IMG/VR virus record: IMGVR_UViG_3300025270_000006
DNA length: 38,070 nt
DNA from: a virus
Reading direction: 5' to 3' (one strand)
A model generated the notes under the pieces. That model was not told the DNA's origin and made no database searches. It was given only the letters and a program-made list of their open reading frames with translations. Position numbers and translations under genes: made by a program. Below are positions 34,269 through 38,070 of the stretch, one piece after another; positions within the stretch are counted from its first letter, which is position 1; each line of letters opens with the position of its first letter.

Positions 34269-34292
34269 ATGCCCAGTCCGTAGACTGGGCAT
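34269..34292. other. Perfect 10-bp stem hairpin ATGCCCAGTC-cgta-GACTGGGCAT between the convergent operon ends
   Basis: Read directly. There is no flanking T- or A-tract, so terminator function is uncertain. Confidence 0.4.
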
Positions 34293-34492
34293 TGCCATGT
34301 TTGTGGGGGGATATGTATCGAGCCTCAACCCTGGTCCCGTTCAGAATCGACACTCTAACACCACCCCCACAGGGACACCACAATATTATCGTTGCCCTTG
34401 ATGGGAAACGCAATACAAAGAACCATGAGCCTTCTTGTTCGGACACCTTGAGGCGTCAGGTCTGCGAACAGCGCATCTCTTGGGATGTTTCT

Positions 34493-35176
34493 TCATACCG
34501 CTACTCGCTTTTGCGTCAGATGTATATGCTTGTCCAGTGGGCGGAGACTAGCAACAGAGTTATGGTAGTCACGAAACGACTCAACAAGAACCTCATCGAC
34601 CAATTCTGGGTTGGGCTGGAGATCGTATTTAGGAACAAACATATCATAAGTAGGATCTATGTCTTCTTCCTTGAGCCAATCACGCACTATTGCTTGGAAT
34701 GTTTTTGGGTAATGGTCGATATGGCAATTATCCCACCCTAACGACTCTCCTGACAGTGAGCATTTGACATCATTAAAACCTCCGATACCCATGCCAAAGA
34801 GTTTCTGTTTATATGAATGCATGTCTCGCTGAATGATCGCTCGTAATGTCTTTTCCAGTTCTTGCTGCACCCCCTTAGTCTTACCTACAATACATTTGTT
34901 AAAAGAAAAATCGTCAGCAGTACCATCAATGCGATCAAGATAAAAGCAATGAGTGCGATGTTTGGAACGACCTCGCCAAAATCCATACACACCAACGCCA
35001 ATCTTACGAGTAGCGTCAGGATGTCTGGCAAGTAAAGCCCTCAGGAACTTATCATCCTCACCAACAACAACGTCACCATCACTATACGAATACAATACAG
35101 ACCTACATTTATCCTCAAGGTCTTCATGAGTGCGGTATGTTACGCCCAATATAATAATTGGGGGTTTCTTAGGCAT
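34493..35176 (-). CDS. DCL/DUF3223-domain protein with a C-terminal His/Cys (HNH-like) region (227 aa)
   Basis: FLRALLARHPDATRKIGVGVYGFWRG......CFYLDRIDGTADDFSFNKCI matches the DUF3223/DCL signature (HP...KIG.G......F...R.DG...DFS..KC). The C-terminal CSLSGESLGWDNCHIDHYPKTF resembles a His-Me finger. A GGGAG SD lies upstream. Confidence 0.55.
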   Translation of the reverse strand: MPKKPPIIILGVTYRTHEDLEDKCRSVLYSYSDGDVVVGEDDKFLRALLARHPDATRKIGVGVYGFWRGRSKHRTHCFYLDRIDGTADDFSFNKCIVGKTKGVQQELEKTLRAIIQRDMHSYKQKLFGMGIGGFNDVKCSLSGESLGWDNCHIDHYPKTFQAIVRDWLKEEDIDPTYDMFVPKYDLQPNPELVDEVLVESFRDYHNSVASLRPLDKHIHLTQKRVAV

Positions 35177-35221
35177 AGCTTCTCCCTATCTAAATGGCTC
35201 ATATTTCAACGTACAGCGATG

Positions 35222-35350
35222 TTAAGGAGTCGGTGAGTCTTGTGGGTCAGGTGGACTCGGAACATAGTCCTCTGTCAACACGACATAAAGACCTATGCCG
35301 GCTAAAACAATGGCTGCACTACCGACAACAAACGCTATCGCTTTAAGCAT
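35222..35350 (-). CDS. Micro-ORF encoding a single-pass membrane peptide (42 aa)
   Basis: I translated this by hand: MLKAIAFVVGSAAIVLAGIGLYVVLTEDYVPSPPDPQDSPTP. Its ATG overlaps the upstream stop (ATGCTTAA). It has one clear transmembrane helix and a Pro-rich tail. Confidence 0.45.
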   Translation of the reverse strand: MLKAIAFVVGSAAIVLAGIGLYVVLTEDYVPSPPDPQDSPTP

Positions 35351-35600
35351 TGGGTTTTTTCGGAGATCTCTTTGAGTATGCGGCAACCTCGTCCGAGCTT
35401 GGACCCCGCAGTATTCCGAACTTGGAACCTATCTGCGCCCATTCCCCTGGGGTAACCTTACCATCGGCTAATGCAAGCCTGGCAAAGTTAAGAGCTTCAG
35501 ACCTTTCTTCTGGTGTATCGAGCTGAGAGACAACTCTTAGCCCAACAGCGATGAGGCTCTGATACTCCTTGGGTAACAATCCAACCAAAAACTTAAACAT
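35343..35600 (-). CDS. Hypothetical protein (85 aa) with an ADGKVT motif
   Basis: An AAGGAGAAGGA SD lies upstream. It shares the segment A-D-G-K-V-T-x-x-E with the 67-aa protein at 36781..36984. Confidence 0.55.
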   Translation of the reverse strand: MFKFLVGLLPKEYQSLIAVGLRVVSQLDTPEERSEALNFARLALADGKVTPGEWAQIGSKFGILRGPSSDEVAAYSKRSPKKPNA

Positions 35601-35628
35601 ATCCTTCTCCTTTTCCTATTCCTTTATT

Positions 35629-36609
35629 CTAACTAGGCGGACTTATCAGTACCTCAATATTCTGATCCGCTGTCAGGGTTTGATAAACTACACTTTGTGC
35701 AATAGTCCAATCTTTAAGAGCCAGCCCATCCCCATTTCCAAATTCTGAAAGGTTGATGGTGATGGTCCCGGCTTTGATCCGAGACAGTAAGCATGGGTTT
35801 TTAGCCCAGATATTAACCATGCGGATCTCATCAATGCGTCCATCAATATTTGATGTGGCACTAGAAATTACAACTTGGTCATAGGTGGAATTCGAGACGA
35901 CCATCTCGTTAGCCCGGACTCCTCCACTTATGCCCCTAGCCCTTGGCGTTCCGGCAGTCATCGCATGTGATATGCCGTCGGCTGCATTCTTGGTAAGTAT
36001 AAGGTGGTTAACTTCTATATGCTCCATAATAAGTTTAGAGCAACGCCACTTGTCTATGTATAAGTCTCCGACTTCCAGGTACGTCTCGGCAAAGACCGGA
36101 TCTGAAGTAGCTGGCAAACCCCCTAGTATGAGTGCATTGGTTTGATTAGTCGGGAGTGCAGATCCGGCGTATGTGTTTATGCTTATGGAGTCCAGCTCAA
36201 GCAACCCCACAGGTGTTGTTCCAAGGTCTACTCTAAGGGTCTGCATGGATTCATTCCACTCGATTGGATTATCGCTTGGAGCTGCATACACGCCACTATC
36301 CCCACGGCTGAAGCTAGGCGGTTCCATAACCTCTGCTACGATGGCTCCACCACCAACGGCCGTGCCTCCTATGATTAGCGATACGGCCATATTGGGAGAC
36401 ACCCCGGCCTTAGTTAGTGCCAGGTATGGCAGACGCAGCGTTGTAAAAACGGCCCTCCATTTCTGGCTCTCGCTCTGGAGCATCTCCACGGTGGCTAAGA
36501 ATTTGTCACGCCATAGCTTAACCTTGTTGTAGCTACGTAGCGGAGATGCACATAGATCCCACCAGGCAAAGACCAACGATGTAAGAATACCTAAACTAAA
36601 ATTATTCAT
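35629..36609 (-). CDS. Membrane-anchored protein (326 aa) with a beta-helix-like C-terminal region, function unknown
   Basis: A GCAGGAG SD lies upstream. Hydrophobic segments occur at the N-terminus (GILTSLVFAWW) and at AVSLIIGGTAVGGGAIVA. The C-terminal part has short beta-strand repeats. Confidence 0.6.
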   Translation of the reverse strand: MNNFSLGILTSLVFAWWDLCASPLRSYNKVKLWRDKFLATVEMLQSESQKWRAVFTTLRLPYLALTKAGVSPNMAVSLIIGGTAVGGGAIVAEVMEPPSFSRGDSGVYAAPSDNPIEWNESMQTLRVDLGTTPVGLLELDSISINTYAGSALPTNQTNALILGGLPATSDPVFAETYLEVGDLYIDKWRCSKLIMEHIEVNHLILTKNAADGISHAMTAGTPRARGISGGVRANEMVVSNSTYDQVVISSATSNIDGRIDEIRMVNIWAKNPCLLSRIKAGTITINLSEFGNGDGLALKDWTIAQSVVYQTLTADQNIEVLISPPS

Positions 36610-36613
36610 AACC

Positions 36614-36784
36614 TTACTCCTGCTCTAAAACCTTGAGCGAAACTCCTCCAAGAAACCCAAAGACGCTACCAATAACGGCTGTTACGACCTCAGTAGCACC
36701 CATCTCCATGCCAATCCACATACCTACAATGCCAAAGACAGTACCACATACTATACTCGCCATAATTTGTGGTCTAATTCTCAT
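36614..36784 (-). CDS. Holin-like small membrane protein (56 aa, two predicted transmembrane helices)
   Basis: I translated this by hand: MRIRPQIMASIVCGTVFGIVGMWIGMEMGATEVVTAVIGSVFGFLGGVSLKVLEQE. It has an ATGA overlap with the upstream gene, two hydrophobic helices and a charged C-terminus. Confidence 0.5.
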   Translation of the reverse strand: MRIRPQIMASIVCGTVFGIVGMWIGMEMGATEVVTAVIGSVFGFLGGVSLKVLEQE

Positions 36785-36984
36785 TTCCTAATCGCCTTTG
36801 CTGTATTGATAATATCCCAGAATTCGGTCATCAAAGCAGAGCGTTCCTTAGCAGTTACCTTTCCATCGGCGGTTGCCTTAACAGCACCCTTAACGCGATA
36901 TATATTTTGGGTCAGAGATATTTCCTGCTGCTGATATGTCTGTATTTTCTCTCTAATGATTTGCTCTATTTTTTCCCCGTTCAT
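36781..36984 (-). CDS. Hypothetical protein (67 aa) with an ADGKVT motif
   Basis: An AAGGA SD lies upstream. The sequence is helical and contains KATADGKVTAKERSAL. Confidence 0.55.
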   Translation of the reverse strand: MNGEKIEQIIREKIQTYQQQEISLTQNIYRVKGAVKATADGKVTAKERSALMTEFWDIINTAKAIRK

Positions 36985-36993
36985 GCTACATCC

Positions 36994-37269
36994 TTAACTC
37001 TCGTCTATCGCCCATGACACTGTATCATTGTCGGTTCCTGTTATGGCTATTGTTGCAGCAAGACCCCCACTTGCCTGAGTAAACGCCCACGTTGTATCTT
37101 GCCCCGCACTTAATGCAACATTAGTTGACCTGCCAACATCACTAATCCGAACATTGGTTGTACCTGCATTACCAGAAGCAGCCGTGAAAGCAATAGACTT
37201 TGCCCTGCCGTCTGCATTATATGTATCTATAATTGCTCCAACTGCCATTGTGCCTGTTCCTACTATCAT
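36994..37269 (-). CDS. Small beta-rich virion-module protein (91 aa from the ATG at 37269)
   Basis: An AGGAGC SD lies 5 nt upstream of the ATG at 37269. The ORF-track start at 37368 would overlap the upstream gene by 70 nt. Confidence 0.55.
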   Translation of the reverse strand: MIVGTGTMAVGAIIDTYNADGRAKSIAFTAASGNAGTTNVRISDVGRSTNVALSAGQDTTWAFTQASGGLAATIAITGTDNDTVSWAIDES

Positions 37270-37298
37270 GTCATGCTCCTGTAATTGACATTCATATT

Positions 37299-38054
37299 TT
37301 ATGAGTAAACGTCTGAAAACTGTCTTATCGCATTCTGTACAGATGTAGTACTGCCCGACCACGTCCACCCCATTGCCTGAGAAGAGCCAGTAGCAGTAAT
37401 GTAGTGTCCCCCTGAGTCTGAGGCTGGTGCTCCTCCAATATCTGATCCTTCAGCTTTAGATTCGCTCGTTGGACTACCTTCCCATACCATCCAGTCCATA
37501 ACGATTACGCCCGCCTGTGTATCTACAGTGTAACTTTGAGATGTACCAGCACCCCATTGTGCGGTGAATCCACCTCCAGGCGCAACTGGCTTACATCCAG
37601 ACAATGAAATACCCCTGAGTGACGTAGGGCTATCTGTAGTGCCAGTGAAACTTGCAACAATGTTATTAGTGCCAGTGCTTGGTGCAATGATATACCAAAC
37701 TGAATTACGCACTGTGGCTCTATAATTAGTCATCGCTCTAGTCATGGCTTGACCATCGTATGTGACACCAGAGGGATTATCAACTGGATCACCAAGGCTT
37801 GCTCCAGAGTCTTCTTGACATATACCTACAAGAAGTAACCGCCCAACACCTGTTCCAGCATCAAGTGCCAGGGTGTGTGAAGTTCCGCCAGTACCAGCCG
37901 TCAAAACACTAGTTGCAACCACAGCAGGCGGGCCGTATACTACGCCCGAAAATTCTGCACCATTTATCTTTTCAATATCGTCATCATCCTTACCGTTTAT
38001 CTTTTCGATATCGGCAAGAGCAATATTATTTAATTTTTCAACTTCATTAGCCAT
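37299..38054 (-). CDS. Fibre-associated / receptor-binding-module candidate (251 aa); the gene spans the circular junction
   Basis: Its ATG overlaps the stop of the 1108-aa fibre gene as TAATG (38054 is equivalent to position 111). The N-terminus has a duplicated DIEKING motif and the body is beta-rich. Confidence 0.6.
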   Translation of the reverse strand: MANEVEKLNNIALADIEKINGKDDDDIEKINGAEFSGVVYGPPAVVATSVLTAGTGGTSHTLALDAGTGVGRLLLVGICQEDSGASLGDPVDNPSGVTYDGQAMTRAMTNYRATVRNSVWYIIAPSTGTNNIVASFTGTTDSPTSLRGISLSGCKPVAPGGGFTAQWGAGTSQSYTVDTQAGVIVMDWMVWEGSPTSESKAEGSDIGGAPASDSGGHYITATGSSQAMGWTWSGSTTSVQNAIRQFSDVYS

Positions 38055-38070
38055 TATGCGTGTTCAATTA
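37944..38070. repeat. Second copy of the 127-bp terminal overlap (identical to 1-127)
   Basis: Exact identity read directly. Confidence 0.95.

Noticed and set aside
34330-34350. tRNA-like T-arm sequence (GTTCAGAATC)
   Set aside because: The flanks cannot form a T-stem, and the A58 position of the T-loop consensus is not satisfied. No acceptor or anticodon arms could be built. No tRNA is called anywhere in the window.
1-38070. Stop-codon reassignment or an alternative genetic code
   Set aside because: Under the standard code the ORFs tile the genome with canonical SDs and coupled stop/start overlaps. Nothing suggests recoding.

Overview
This window is a complete dsDNA tailed-phage genome. 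Bases 1-127 are identical to 37944-38070, so the contig closes on itself with a unique length of 37,943 bp. It uses the standard code with strong Shine-Dalgarno usage, and many late genes are coupled by TAATG or ATGA overlaps. All functions below come from motif reading only. No database search was run.

Late operon (minus strand), from about 24.56 kb down to 0.11 kb and wrapping from 38.05 kb to about 34.5 kb:
- TerS, TerL and portal.
- Four internal-virion-type proteins, including a 2198-aa giant protein with an embedded, complete C5 cytosine-methyltransferase domain.
- Scaffold, an HK97-like major capsid protein, and head/tail proteins.
- A 1108-aa fibre, small membrane proteins that look like a lysis cassette, and a DCL/DUF3223-type protein.
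- No tape measure, tube or sheath gene is seen, so the virion looks podovirus-like.

Early and replication genes (plus strand), about 25.4-34.1 kb:
- A GP88-family protein, micro-ORFs, two accessory ORFs closed by a strong terminator, then a consensus sigma70 promoter.
- HTH and winged-helix proteins, a PD-(D/E)xK nuclease, and a RecA-fold helicase-like ATPase.
- A sigma-70 region-4-like protein, a second C5 methyltransferase, and a VRR-NUC nuclease.
- No integrase, tRNA or CRISPR array could be supported.

Most notable observations:
1. The early C5-MTase locus is stop-free in two same-strand frames over about 1.1 kb, and the methyltransferase motifs are split between the frames. This suggests dual coding or a double programmed frameshift.
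2. A complete type I hammerhead ribozyme core lies in the early operon at 26601-26658.
3. The giant protein in the virion module carries an MTase domain.
4. An 870-bp control region holds a dense TTACAT/ATGTAA operator-like array, tandem repeats and a G4 motif.
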